Notes under the pieces: model-generated | What the model was told of the DNA's origin: nothing | What the model saw: the letters and a program-made list of their open reading frames with translations, nothing else | Databases searched by the model: none | Translations under genes and position numbers: made by a program | Part shown: positions 10,001 through 19,887 of the stretch, piece after piece | Position numbering within the stretch: the stretch's first letter is position 1 | How the letters are laid out: every line of letters starts with the position of its first letter | NCBI GenBank assembly: GCA_963730935.1 | Contig: CAVSTP010000002.1 | Location: 640,001 to 704,000 of the forward strand | Reading direction: 5' to 3' | Source of the DNA: an uncultured Nitrospiraceae bacterium | GTDB lineage: Bacteria > Nitrospirota > Nitrospiria > Nitrospirales > Nitrospiraceae | Length of the DNA: 64,000 nt

Positions 10001-10440
10001 TGCTGGGTCTCCTCAGAGGGAACAGACAAGATGTCGGGCCACGCGAGATGCAACAGGTGCCGGGTTAATGGCTCACCAATAAACGTCGCCAAGAGTTCAA
10101 CAAAGCTCTTCGACAGAGCCATGGACGCCTCTGCGATTTCTTGCTCTCGTCGCAAACAGGCGCCCAGTGCGTTAAGGAAGCCGTCCTCTTCCGCGCCTCG
10201 CACCTCTCGGTAGCAGGGGAATGCGTGTTCTGTCAGTTTGAGACTTCGGCGCAAGAGTGCCAGGGAGCCCACGCTTCCCAAGATGGGGATTAAAACGGAG
10301 AGAAGCCTCTCGAACATCGCCACGGCCGCTGAAGCCAGCTCTTCCGGGTCCTGTCGTCTGCCGAGGCAGTCCACGTGTATCCGAGCCATGGCTTGGTGCA
10401 GCTGTGGAAACTTTTGCGCGCTATCCATTGCGGTCACCAC
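9997..10440 (-). CDS. Small helical hypothetical protein translationally coupled to the KaiC-like ATPase
   Basis: 147 aa; its stop overlaps the ATPase start by 4 nt (ATGA). Confidence 0.8.
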   Translation of the reverse strand: MVTAMDSAQKFPQLHQAMARIHVDCLGRRQDPEELASAAVAMFERLLSVLIPILGSVGSLALLRRSLKLTEHAFPCYREVRGAEEDGFLNALGACLRREQEIAEASMALSKSFVELLATFIGEPLTRHLLHLAWPDILSVPSEETQQ

Positions 10441-10540
10441 TTCTTATCCCTACGGGAAACGGGAGTGCGATTGGGATGCTCAGGATTCTCTCGGAGCAGT
10501 CACACAAGAGGTAAGGGACTCTACGCCTTCCCTTAAGGAA

Positions 10541-10566
10541 AGATAGATAGATAGATAGATAGATAG
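10541..10566. repeat. (AGAT)6 tetranucleotide microsatellite
   Basis: agatagatagatagatagatagatag read directly. Confidence 0.95.
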
Positions 10567-10685
10567 GGAATTCAGAATGGTATGGCCGAAGGATGAGCGT
10601 CGTCTGTTTGCCTCAACTGGAGATGCATCCAATATTCTACGGAAGGAGCCGCTTACCAGCGATCGCGCTTTCCGCCGCCGGCACC

Positions 10686-10895
10686 CTACGCTGCTTGGAT
10701 TTTCTGGACGAAGTAGTCGTAACACGCGGGGCAGAAGCTATTCGTCAGACGGCAGTTGATGGGATAGATCCCGGTTGCGTCTCGGCAGGCCTTTTCGCTG
10801 AGCCAGCCGCTTGCCCATGTTTCGTCATGCACCAGACCACAGAGATGACAGATCAGAAGTACCGGGGCGTCCGGTCCAGGGTGAGAAGTGGACAT
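10686..10895 (-). CDS. Small Cys-rich (probable zinc-binding) protein
   Basis: GAGG RBS; LICHLCGLVHD...W...SFCPAC pattern. Confidence 0.6.
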   Translation of the reverse strand: MSTSHPGPDAPVLLICHLCGLVHDETWASGWLSEKACRDATGIYPINCRLTNSFCPACYDYFVQKIQAA

Positions 10896-11319
10896 ATAAC
10901 CTCCCTCGGTGCAATGAAAGCAGACGACCTCTCATCAAGTGGCGCTGGCCAACTTCGACCTGTCACTGGCGTACCATCGACAATCACAGGCGTGACACAC
11001 GAGTAGCTCGACGGCTACGTCACTGTATACATCATTTCAGTCTCGGGGTGAGCATGCCGCCGCAGACCCTGAAGCGAGCGCAAGAATTTGCTCTCTAGGA
11101 ACATGGATGAATGGCCCTATGAGATGACCTATCATTCCGATGCGGTAAATAATTTTCCTACCTCTTCTAGGTAATAGCCTCGAGATCCCCCGAATATCTA
11201 AATTGACACGAATGGATGTGACGACGTGTCATTAGGTGGTCACACCAGTCAGGTTCTATTCGTGGGCATTTGAGACCCTGAAACGTTTCATATTTTGCAA
11301 TAATCTCTGGGAGACCATC

Positions 11320-11565
11320 ATGCTGATGTGGACACAACAGACGCCAAACAGACCTGGGTGGTATTGGATGCTGAGTCCCGCGAAAGAGAGTAGTCAACCA
11401 ACGGTTGTACAAATCGTGCCTGAGCGGGAGACTCGTCGTTGGTTGGTGCTAATTCCTGCCTCCCAATATCCAAAGACGTCGAGCACGGAGGTAGATCTTC
11501 AAAGTGTAGACGCCATGTGGGCCGGACCTATTGAGCTACCGAGGGTTTTGGCAGACGTTGCTTAG
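11320..11565 (+). CDS. Small hypothetical protein
   Basis: GGAG RBS before MLMWTQQTPNRPGWYW; phage-like WT..P..PGWYW start. Confidence 0.55.
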   Translation: MLMWTQQTPNRPGWYWMLSPAKESSQPTVVQIVPERETRRWLVLIPASQYPKTSSTEVDLQSVDAMWAGPIELPRVLADVA

Positions 11566-12624
11566 AAGATGCCTCATTTCTCCATGCCCTCCTCGCCTCA
11601 TCGTTTAGGGCCGTTTTTTGGGCAGTGACATTTTGCACCGCGAGCTGAAAATCGCCAGGCGCGAGCGCGCAGCGAGACCGAACGGCTGGCCCTCCAGCAG
11701 CGGGCGGCCCAAGGCTTCAAGCTCGGGCACCAGAAAATGCGCCAAGGCATCCGAGACCACCTGCTCCCGTTGGCGGCCTGGTGTCGCGAGTATGAAACGC
11801 TCCGCGAGGAGACGCGGGAGACGTTCGGCGTCCAGCTGCCGGATCTCCCCCACTTCGTTTTGAAGGAGCGCGATATCAAAGAAATGTGCGAGACGATTTT
11901 TTCGCAGAACCGCTTCGGCAGTTCGCCTTTGACCGACGAGGACAAGCGCATCTAAACGCAGGGTAGGATGGTTAAACGTGACGGAGGCGGCGCGCCACGC
12001 GGTCAACCCAGGCTGCGGCCCACCCCCTCTGACTGGCGCGAGTTCCCACGCAGACGCCTTAACCGCAGTTTGGGCGCCCTCGCCGCAAGGTTTCGCTTAA
12101 AACGCCGCTCACCTATCAATACATGAGAATTATTCAGGCTGCTCTGTATTTCTTTCATCTCTTTCCTAAGCCGTGCAAGCCTTTCCCTGATTTCCTTTTT
12201 GGTCGCCATAATCTCCCCTCAAGTTTAGTAGATGACCAGTACTAAAGTGCTGAAAGACCACAATCTCGCCAACAGATGGCAGCAGCACTAACCCCATTTC
12301 CCTATTCTTGTCTGAAAGAACAGGGGCAAAGTCTAGGCCAGTAGAACGGCCATAGCTGGTCAAAACTGATCAGGTTTCAGAAGCGGCAGCGGAAATAGGA
12401 GCAGGTCCGACAGCGCGTGCATTGCCATGGATACCATCCCAACCAGCTCAGCAGATGAGCCACCCATCGGCGACGCGTTACACGTTGCCATACGCACCGA
12501 CATTTGGGCTTGGACAGTGCTCGGCGCGATGTTGGGGGATGCTGTGGGATGCTGCCCTGCACACGAAACAGATCATCAGCGACGAGACGCTCGGCGGTAG
12601 TCTGCGGGCCTGACAGTGTCATGA

Positions 12625-13347
12625 CTAAAGGGGAGTATGTAGAAGTCGCTCGTACTCGCGCTTGATGTCGCCGTAGCACTCGCAACTGACGTTTTTAAGA
12701 TGCGGTCGATCTAACACGCGAATCTTTCCACCGAGGTAGGTAATAAGCTTAGCTTTCGACAACGTCTCTAGGGTGCTGGTAACGATTGCCTCAGGGACGA
12801 CGAGCATATACGAGATGAAATGATGCCCGAGGATAAACGACTCATCGTGCACTCGATCTTGGGTCATAAGAATCCATCGGGCACACCGTTGTTCAATACT
12901 ATGGACTCGGTTACACGCCGCGTTTTGCACGACCTGACTGAATTCCGCCTGAACGTACAGAAGCAGAATGTTTCGCAATCCGGTGGTGGCGTCCTCGATC
13001 ACGTTGTTGAAATCCTCTGCCGACATGGTGAGCGCTTCACCACCGATTTGTGCAATGGAATCCAATGGCTCTTTTTGACTTCCAAAAAACCGCGCCATCC
13101 CAACGAAGCCTTCGTTGCCAATGGTCGCGACTTCCATCGTTATGCCATCTTCCATGGTCTTGAGAGTGGAGGAAACAAAAGAAAGCGGGAAGTACACGGT
13201 AGAGGTTGGTCGAGCCGCGCGTAACAGGAATTGCCCTATCTCTACAGTCGCAAGATTCAGCATGGGCAGTAACCGTTGCTGAATCTCAGGCCTCAAAAGG
13301 CACAGGAGATAGTTGCGCTGGAGATCCGCAATGGAGGAAGCAGGCAT
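12625..13347 (-). CDS. Crp/Fnr-family transcriptional regulator
   Basis: VYFPLS, EVATIGNEGFVG, ACNRVHSIEQRCARWIL, C-terminal CECY. Confidence 0.9.
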   Translation of the reverse strand: MPASSIADLQRNYLLCLLRPEIQQRLLPMLNLATVEIGQFLLRAARPTSTVYFPLSFVSSTLKTMEDGITMEVATIGNEGFVGMARFFGSQKEPLDSIAQIGGEALTMSAEDFNNVIEDATTGLRNILLLYVQAEFSQVVQNAACNRVHSIEQRCARWILMTQDRVHDESFILGHHFISYMLVVPEAIVTSTLETLSKAKLITYLGGKIRVLDRPHLKNVSCECYGDIKREYERLLHTPL

Positions 13348-13717
13348 GGGCGCTGGCCTTCTGTCTGATGACTGCGCCTATTACCCAGGGCGTGCCGGAG
13401 CAACAAAAAGCGCACGGTCACCAAATCACTAAAAAGCGGTAGCGATCAGTGCGCCTTTGCGTCCAGAGGCTCTATGTGGAGGACAACTTTCGCGGAGTGT
13501 GTGATTATGAGGTAAGCTTGTCAGTCCGAGCTCTCTTATTGTACCCGACGGGTCCCAGGAGCACAAGAGCGGTAAACGTCGGCTGTCGGGCCTTCCAAGA
13601 GGCCATCGGCAGTTGTGTAGGGTGAGTGAAGTACGTTAGGCGCTCTAGAAGGCTGGGTCAAGTGGTCATTGGACCTGCCGACACCGCATCGCCGATCCCG
13701 AGATCAGACTATCAAAA

Positions 13718-13846
13718 GGAAGGGTGGGCGAGAGAACTGACAGCCCATACGAGGACAATGCGCGGAGTCCTCACTGGATCAAAATCAAGAATCCGGCGTA
13801 TAGTCAGAAGGAAGGACGGGCGGATTTGTTTAAGCGAACGGGGTAA
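13718..13846 (+). pseudogene. C-terminal fragment of an ATP-dependent DNA ligase-like protein
   Basis: DSPYEDNARSPHWIKIKNPAYSQKEGR (SPY..W.K.K ligase motif); upstream part frameshifted or missing. Confidence 0.6.
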
Positions 13847-13877
13847 GGCCGGAGGCGACTGATTGCGGAGGTGCCCT

Positions 13878-14270
13878 ATGTGGATACGATCGCTCCTGTG
13901 CTTCATGGTGCTCACGCTCACGCTTCCCACCTTGGCCCACGCTGACGAGTACGACACCGAAATGCGGATGCTTGATTTAGAACTGTCGAATATTTACCTT
14001 CGCCAGCAGGCGATCGACGCCGAGCTGTAACGCCCCCGAGCCCTCACGGACGTGAGCGGCAGCCTGATGCCCCGGCAGAGTATGAGTATCGAGGCACCAT
14101 TGGAAGAAGCGTACATCCCTCCCTCGGCGGCGCCTTCACGATCGATGCGGCCGCCCTGGCTTCAGCCCGTGGATCCCATGATCCCCATGCTGCCCGAGGA
14201 TCGGGCGCGGATGCACTGCCTTGGACCTCGCGATTGCTATTTGAATCAGACGGGACGGGAGCGGTTTTAG
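13878..14270 (+). pseudogene. Secreted hypothetical protein interrupted by an in-frame TAA
   Basis: GGAGG RBS, signal peptide ending LAHA-D, TAA at 14028-14030, same frame continues to 14270. Confidence 0.55.
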
Positions 14271-14311
14271 GATGTCTTCTGCCGAAGTTGGGAGGAGTTC
14301 ACCGAATCGCG

Positions 14312-15172
14312 CTAGTTCTGCGGTTTCAGAAAGTTCCATTTCGGCTGCTCGAAGTACTGTTCAAGGGCCGGCGCCCAATCTGGTTGTGGCCGTGGAAATC
14401 TTGCCAGCGCATGAATCATCGATGTTTTGAAAGCCAGTAAGGGATGATCCTCAGTGTAGCCCGTGTGGAAGTAGTCTTCCGGGGCGGCCGCTCCCGCGTG
14501 AACAGGCTTCGTATAAAGAAATCCTTTGCCCACAATAAAAAGCCCGTGTAGGTGGGTGGGGTTGCCAAGCCTCTTCGTATAATCCGCCATTCTCTGAGCA
14601 AGCCTCGGAAGGTCCTTAGTCACAGAGTCCGACGCCTCGAAGGCGAAGACGTACGATCGTATGGATGGAATCTGGGCCGCCCACTCACGAGGCATCACGA
14701 ATGTTTCCGTGCAGCTACTGGCGAATGGCAGGTGATACTTTCTGTCTTTCATCTTGCGCAATTCCCGGTTGTTTATCAGACATTGCTCGATCGAGTTTTC
14801 CGCTAACTCTTTTGCTTCATCGGATGAACTTCTTAATGTCGCCTTCACTTCGACGTAACCGTACACGGCTTCCAACGGGAAGACGTCACAGGTTTCTAGC
14901 GAGACGAGGGGACCACTTCTTAGCGCGTCGTAAATAATGATATCGAGTTGAGAAGAAAGTCGCGGGCCTTCGGGAGTGTGATACACCACAAAGCCAGTAG
15001 AGAGTCCGTACTCCGCCGGGAGAATCGATCGAAGCAGCGTATGCACTCCGTTTTCCAGGGCCCGGCCCTTCTCTCCGGCGTGAACAATGGCCGCTCGTAC
15101 CGCGTTGAGTTTGGCGAGAAGAAGGTCTTCTTCAATTGCGTTGAGGTCAGAAAAGTTTGGCGCTTTGTTCAT
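14312..15172 (-). CDS. DUF6602-like PD-(D/E)XK nuclease-fold protein
   Basis: HAGEKG..E, LP..YGLSTGFV, SSQLDIIIYD, FPLEAVYGYVEVK. Confidence 0.75.
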   Translation of the reverse strand: MNKAPNFSDLNAIEEDLLLAKLNAVRAAIVHAGEKGRALENGVHTLLRSILPAEYGLSTGFVVYHTPEGPRLSSQLDIIIYDALRSGPLVSLETCDVFPLEAVYGYVEVKATLRSSSDEAKELAENSIEQCLINNRELRKMKDRKYHLPFASSCTETFVMPREWAAQIPSIRSYVFAFEASDSVTKDLPRLAQRMADYTKRLGNPTHLHGLFIVGKGFLYTKPVHAGAAAPEDYFHTGYTEDHPLLAFKTSMIHALARFPRPQPDWAPALEQYFEQPKWNFLKPQN

Positions 15173-15194
15173 TGCAGGTCAGGCTTGAAAGCGA

Positions 15195-15884
15195 TTATTT
15201 ATTGTGCTTCTGGACTTGCGTCGTAAGGTCACCAACGCAGGAAGCAAACTTGTCGATGGCATCATCTGTCCGATACCGTTTAATGGAGCCGTCCGAAGCT
15301 GCGGCGGATGTTACGACGTGTAAATCTAAATCGCTTAGGACGTCCATACCGTCCTTATGCCGATTGAACCCTATGGTGACGGGCTGGCCGTTAAGTATGT
15401 CTTCGAGAACAGCCATTGAGCCTTTATCGAGCTCATAGACGAAAATCTTTGCTCCTGCCGTGTCCGACGCGGTGCTCAGCATCTTGCTTTTAGCCGTCGT
15501 GCCATGAGGGGTCTGTATATACGCATAGAAGGGCGCCTCCGGCTTTGCTGTCTTGCTGAAGCTGTCGACTGTGCCGATCTTTAATGACAGTCCAATCATG
15601 TCTTGGTTTTTGTTTGTGAAGTACGCGATGTTCCCCACGATTGTGATCAAGGTGCCGTTTCGATACACAAAATCTTGCTGAGCCACCCTGTACACCAGCG
15701 TACATCCTCCGAGGACCCCGGCCGCTTGCACCGGCTGAAATTCGACGGAAACTGTGCCCGCGAATTGAGACATATCTAGCGCCGTTGGCTGCTCCGCATA
15801 GGCCGCTCCGCTACTTAGCATCAGGAGAGCGATGAAGAAGACCCGTTTCATTTCCCCCTGTGCGCTCCTTCGCCGCCTGCTCAC
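15195..15884 (-). CDS. Secreted hypothetical protein
   Basis: Signal peptide MKRVFFIALLMLSSGAAYA; true start is probably the second Met. Confidence 0.7.
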   Translation of the reverse strand: MSRRRRSAQGEMKRVFFIALLMLSSGAAYAEQPTALDMSQFAGTVSVEFQPVQAAGVLGGCTLVYRVAQQDFVYRNGTLITIVGNIAYFTNKNQDMIGLSLKIGTVDSFSKTAKPEAPFYAYIQTPHGTTAKSKMLSTASDTAGAKIFVYELDKGSMAVLEDILNGQPVTIGFNRHKDGMDVLSDLDLHVVTSAAASDGSIKRYRTDDAIDKFASCVGDLTTQVQKHNK

Positions 15885-16156
15885 AGATTCGCTGAATCTC
15901 TCGCACCCGAGCCGGATCCGGTGGAGGCCCGCAGTCGACCATTCCTTTGAACGGTTCTATCGTCGCATCGGACATACCGAGTCGACGATCAAAGTGATCA
16001 TGGCATGGATGCATAAGTTTTGTGCATCCTATAGCTTCTCAAAGATCGGCCCATCCATCGGCTGCCGCATCCCGAGCATGAGCCCTTCGCGGGCGCGGAC
16101 GACGGGACGGTAACCGGTGATGAGTGTTTGAACCGGCTTATGTGTTCGATACATGT

Positions 16157-16414
16157 TCATTCTGCTTTGTGGGCTTTCCAATAATCACGCTTGAAATCGG
16201 TGAGTTCTTCCAGCACAGCTTCTAGACGCTGGAGGAGTAACAATAAGATACAGCCGACTCCTACAGTGGCCTGTGTTTCAGCCGATGCAGGAATGCCTAT
16301 GTATGCAAACATCCTTCCGCCGGACATGGCGGAAAAGAAAAGGAGGATCGCAACGAAACCGTAGAACATTGAGGTCTTATACCAGTCATGAGCGGTCCAG
16401 TTTGCTCCTGTCAT
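16157..16414 (-). CDS. Small two-TM membrane protein
   Basis: GGAGG RBS, two hydrophobic segments. Confidence 0.6.
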   Translation of the reverse strand: MTGANWTAHDWYKTSMFYGFVAILLFFSAMSGGRMFAYIGIPASAETQATVGVGCILLLLLQRLEAVLEELTDFKRDYWKAHKAE

Positions 16415-16652
16415 GAGCCCTCCTTCTCATGTATTTGGCGGCCTAATCATGGCACGCACGCTAACAGAGCCGCGCCTGTCCAGCAACCCTGTTTCAAAAG
16501 ATGTTGTAGGGGAAACTGTGGAGAGTGGGAGAAGGGCGGATCAAAGGACTCTACGCTCAGAAGTAACTTTAAAGAGGGATCTAAAGAGGGACCTGGCTAA
16601 GTGGGCCGTTCTGGTGAAGTAGAAAAAATGCTTGTGATTTAGAAGGGTTGGA

Positions 16653-16702
16653 TGGTGCCGAGGGACAGAATCGAACTGTCGACACCAGCCTTTTCAGGGC
16701 TG
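16653..16702 (-). pseudogene. 3' fragment of tRNA-Phe(GAA); att-like site
   Basis: Minus strand CAGCC-CTGAAAA-GGCTG anticodon arm, GACAG-TTCGATT-CTGTC T arm, CCTCGGCACCA end; no proper D arm. Confidence 0.85.
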
Positions 16703-16859
16703 ACGATAAGCGTATTATATTGAGTATCGGCGTAATATACCAATCCTGGCATTGTCACTGGGCATTGCCTGAGTTTAATTGGCTTTGTCGGATGGCAGAT
16801 AGTGCTCTTAGTATTGCAGAATAAGCGTTGAAACACCTACCTCACTGTGAGGGTGCCGT

Positions 16860-17132
16860 ATGAGTTGGAACGAGGAGGCTAACATCCGTTGTTTGTTGAG
16901 CTACGCTTGCCCTCAATTGTGGAGTCGACTTGGGGAGACTAATTCTCCTGATCGTCGCCATTGCGAAGAGTGCCATCGTGATGTGTTCCTAGTCCGCGAT
17001 GAGGAAGAGTTTGCTCGGCATGCCGGACAGGGCCACTGTGTTGCAGTACCCTTAGGAGGCGATGGGTCATTCTTTAAGGACGATGAGATGGTTATGGGCT
17101 CACCAGTAGTGCCATCCGAGTCGGAAGTGTAG
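16860..17132 (+). CDS. Small Cys-rich hypothetical protein
   Basis: CPQLWSRL..T....RHCEECHRDV...CVAV; GAGG RBS. Confidence 0.65.
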   Translation: MSWNEEANIRCLLSYACPQLWSRLGETNSPDRRHCEECHRDVFLVRDEEEFARHAGQGHCVAVPLGGDGSFFKDDEMVMGSPVVPSESEV

Positions 17133-17330
17133 AGCAGTAAGAAGTTCACTCCATCCTGTGCTGAGACAGGTCCCGGGCCTTCGTTAGTCCTCGCATCTCT
17201 GCAAAAACATTACATTGTGAATTTTGTCGGACGAACGTGGAGCTATCTGGGTTTATAATAAACATATAAGGTTTTCATCTTAGGTACTCAATAACTGATG
17301 TATCACGACACTTCTAAGGAGGCTCAAATT

Positions 17331-17528
17331 ATGGCGCGTAAAAAGCAATCTATCTCGATTCTTCGTCTCAAAGACCTTCAACACCGTGTCCCGCTATCAC
17401 GTAGCGCGATCTACGCCAAAATATCGGCTGGAGAATTTCCGGCACCAATCTCGCTTGGTCCAAGAGCAGTCGGATGGCTATCGGATGATATCGACAAGTG
17501 GATAGAGCGCCGACTACATACGCGATGA
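17331..17528 (+). CDS. alpA: AlpA-family phage regulator / excisionase-like HTH
   Basis: ILRLKDL...LSRSAIY..I..GEFPAPISLGPRAVGWL; AGGAGG RBS before ATG at 17331. Confidence 0.92.
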   Translation: MARKKQSISILRLKDLQHRVPLSRSAIYAKISAGEFPAPISLGPRAVGWLSDDIDKWIERRLHTR

Positions 17529-17561
17529 GCGCAACAATGAGAAGGAAACGCGGCCAAAGCC

Positions 17562-19832
17562 GTGCGGAGGAGGAAGTCGATAATGAATCATGCGAAGAGT
17601 CCTGACGTTGCCGATGCCGTTCAGAGGGTGTCTATCGCCGTCGGCACTAGTAGCGTGACTGTCCTACGTCATACCGCTCTAAATCTCGTCAAAACCTGGT
17701 GCTCTGATGGGACCATCAGGGCGTACGACAAGGGAAAGCACTTCGCTATAGAAGAGGTGCGCGTATCGGATATTAATGAATTGTCGGCCCTCCTTAGCCG
17801 CCTCGAACAAGATCTGCACGTGTGCATCATCCGTGGGGCCTATATTGGAAACGAGCCGGCCGGAAAGATCACCCGAAAGGGATGTAACTTCGAGGATCGT
17901 CCGCTTCACTTCATCTTGATCGAAGTGGACGAATTCGAGCCACTTTCAGAGGATCCAGTAATAGCGCCCGTAAGCTGCATTCGTGAATACATTATTCGGG
18001 AACTACCGCCGTTTTTTCAAGATGTGAGCTTTCATTGGCAGCTATCCAACAGCGCTGGTCATCCAAAGCATGCGGATAAATTAAAGGTTCACCTCTGGTT
18101 CTGGCTTGAACAGCCGTACACTAGCGCTGAACTTCACGAATGGGCAGAGAACATTCACCTCGCCAGTGATCATTGCGTTTTCAATCCAGTCCAAATCCAC
18201 TACACGGGGAGGCCGATATTTGAGGAAGGCATTCACGACCCTGTTCCCGTCCGGAGCGGTTATGTGAAGAATGCGTTAGACGCGGTTCCACTTCTTATCG
18301 ATAACGCGATCCTGAACGCAGTACATGCACGGACGCGCCCATCACGAACGCCGCTTATTGGCTATTCTGGTGAGGATCCCGTTGCCCAGTATCTCAAATC
18401 AAAAGATCTCGTCCTTGGCTTTACAGCGGACCGGCTCTACGTGAAATGCCCTTGGGACTCCGGCCATTCCACCGGTGTGCCTGGCGATAGCTCTTCCGCA
18501 TGGCTCTTGGCTGGGACGGGCAACTATGAGACGGGACACTATAAATGTCTTCATCAGGGTTGCCAGAACCGCACGGACGGGGACTTTTTCAATGCAGTGG
18601 GGTATCTGGCGTATCTGGCGGACGGCTTCCAGGATTTGACGCTAGAAGTTGTCGACGTGCCTGAGTGGCCTCAGTTGGATCGTACTTCTTCCGGAGGGAT
18701 CAAGGTCACTCTGGGGAATCTTGTGAAGATGCTTTCACGGCCAGATATCACTGACATGCGTCTTCGGTATGACGCGTTCCGTGATGAAGTGTTACTGGGA
18801 GATATCCCCCTCACGGACGTGGACTATACAAAACTTCGACTCCGGCTGGAGCGATTGGGTTTTCCTCAGATAAAACGGGACATGATACGTGATGTTGCCC
18901 ATTTCGTCGCGCATACGCAGACGTTTGACAGTGCCCAGGAATGGCTCAACGGGCTTGAGTGGGATGGTACGGAGAGGATCGAACGGTTCTACCCTGACTA
19001 TCTCGGCACGGAAGATACCGCGTATACACGGGCGGTCTCGCTCTATCATTGGACTGCCCAAGCCGGCCGTATCTTACATCCGGGGGCGCAAGCCGATATG
19101 GTCCCCGTGCTAATCGGCGAACAGGGTTCCGGCAAAAGTTCGGCGATTCGCGCTCTTGTGCCCGATGACGGGTATTACGCGGAACTTTCCCTCTCTGCGA
19201 AAGACGACGACCTTGCCCGCAGGATTAAAGGAGTTCTGGTGGCTGAGCTCGCGGAACTCCGAGGCTTGCGAGGTAAGGAAATCGAGCACATCAAGGCATT
19301 CATCACGAAGCGAGAAGAAGAACACATCCCCAAGTACATGGAGAAGAAAGTCCGGTACCCTCGACGGGTGTTTTTCGTTGGGACCACCAATCAAGACGAA
19401 TTCCTTGCGGATGAGACGGGGAATCGCCGTTGGCTGCCGGTAATCGTAGGGCGGCAGAACATCGCCGCAATCGAACGAGACTGTTTGCAACTCTGGGCGG
19501 AGGCGCGGGAGCACGCCATGCTCGAAGGTATTCAGTGGCGCAAGGCGGAGGAACTAGCTAGGCCCCGCCATGTTCGTCACATGACGTATGACCCATGGGA
19601 AGACCAGATTGAGTATTGGCTTCACCAACCAGATTGGAAGGGGGGTACCCCTGCTCAATCTAATTCTTTGAGGACTCCAGAGATTCTCCGGGATGCGCTC
19701 GGGTTTGAGTCCGGGAGGCAAACCCGAGGGGACGATATGCGGGTTGGTGGGATTTTGCGCAAGTTGGGGTACTCACCTGTCCGCGAGACAGTAGATGGGA
19801 AGCAGACCCGCGTCTGGAAGAAGACGACCTAG
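17562..19832 (+). CDS. Primase-like / Zn-finger / VirE(VapE)-family helicase replication protein
   Basis: KVHLWFWL, CPW...H...KCLHQGC, Walker A GEQGSGKS, ELAEL, FVGTTNQDEFLADETGNRRW. Confidence 0.88.
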   Translation: MRRRKSIMNHAKSPDVADAVQRVSIAVGTSSVTVLRHTALNLVKTWCSDGTIRAYDKGKHFAIEEVRVSDINELSALLSRLEQDLHVCIIRGAYIGNEPAGKITRKGCNFEDRPLHFILIEVDEFEPLSEDPVIAPVSCIREYIIRELPPFFQDVSFHWQLSNSAGHPKHADKLKVHLWFWLEQPYTSAELHEWAENIHLASDHCVFNPVQIHYTGRPIFEEGIHDPVPVRSGYVKNALDAVPLLIDNAILNAVHARTRPSRTPLIGYSGEDPVAQYLKSKDLVLGFTADRLYVKCPWDSGHSTGVPGDSSSAWLLAGTGNYETGHYKCLHQGCQNRTDGDFFNAVGYLAYLADGFQDLTLEVVDVPEWPQLDRTSSGGIKVTLGNLVKMLSRPDITDMRLRYDAFRDEVLLGDIPLTDVDYTKLRLRLERLGFPQIKRDMIRDVAHFVAHTQTFDSAQEWLNGLEWDGTERIERFYPDYLGTEDTAYTRAVSLYHWTAQAGRILHPGAQADMVPVLIGEQGSGKSSAIRALVPDDGYYAELSLSAKDDDLARRIKGVLVAELAELRGLRGKEIEHIKAFITKREEEHIPKYMEKKVRYPRRVFFVGTTNQDEFLADETGNRRWLPVIVGRQNIAAIERDCLQLWAEAREHAMLEGIQWRKAEELARPRHVRHMTYDPWEDQIEYWLHQPDWKGGTPAQSNSLRTPEILRDALGFESGRQTRGDDMRVGGILRKLGYSPVRETVDGKQTRVWKKTT

Positions 19833-19887
19833 ACCACTCCTTGCGTTGAGGTAGTCTAGCCCAGCGCGCCAACACCCGCGCGGAGGG

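Noticed and set aside
11598..12209. Intact genes in the overlapping short ORFs
   Set aside because: They look like a GC-rich gene fragment spliced to unrelated DNA; no family could be assigned
14028..14030. Programmed readthrough (Sec/Pyl)
   Set aside because: The stop is TAA, not TGA or TAG, and no SECIS-like hairpin was evident
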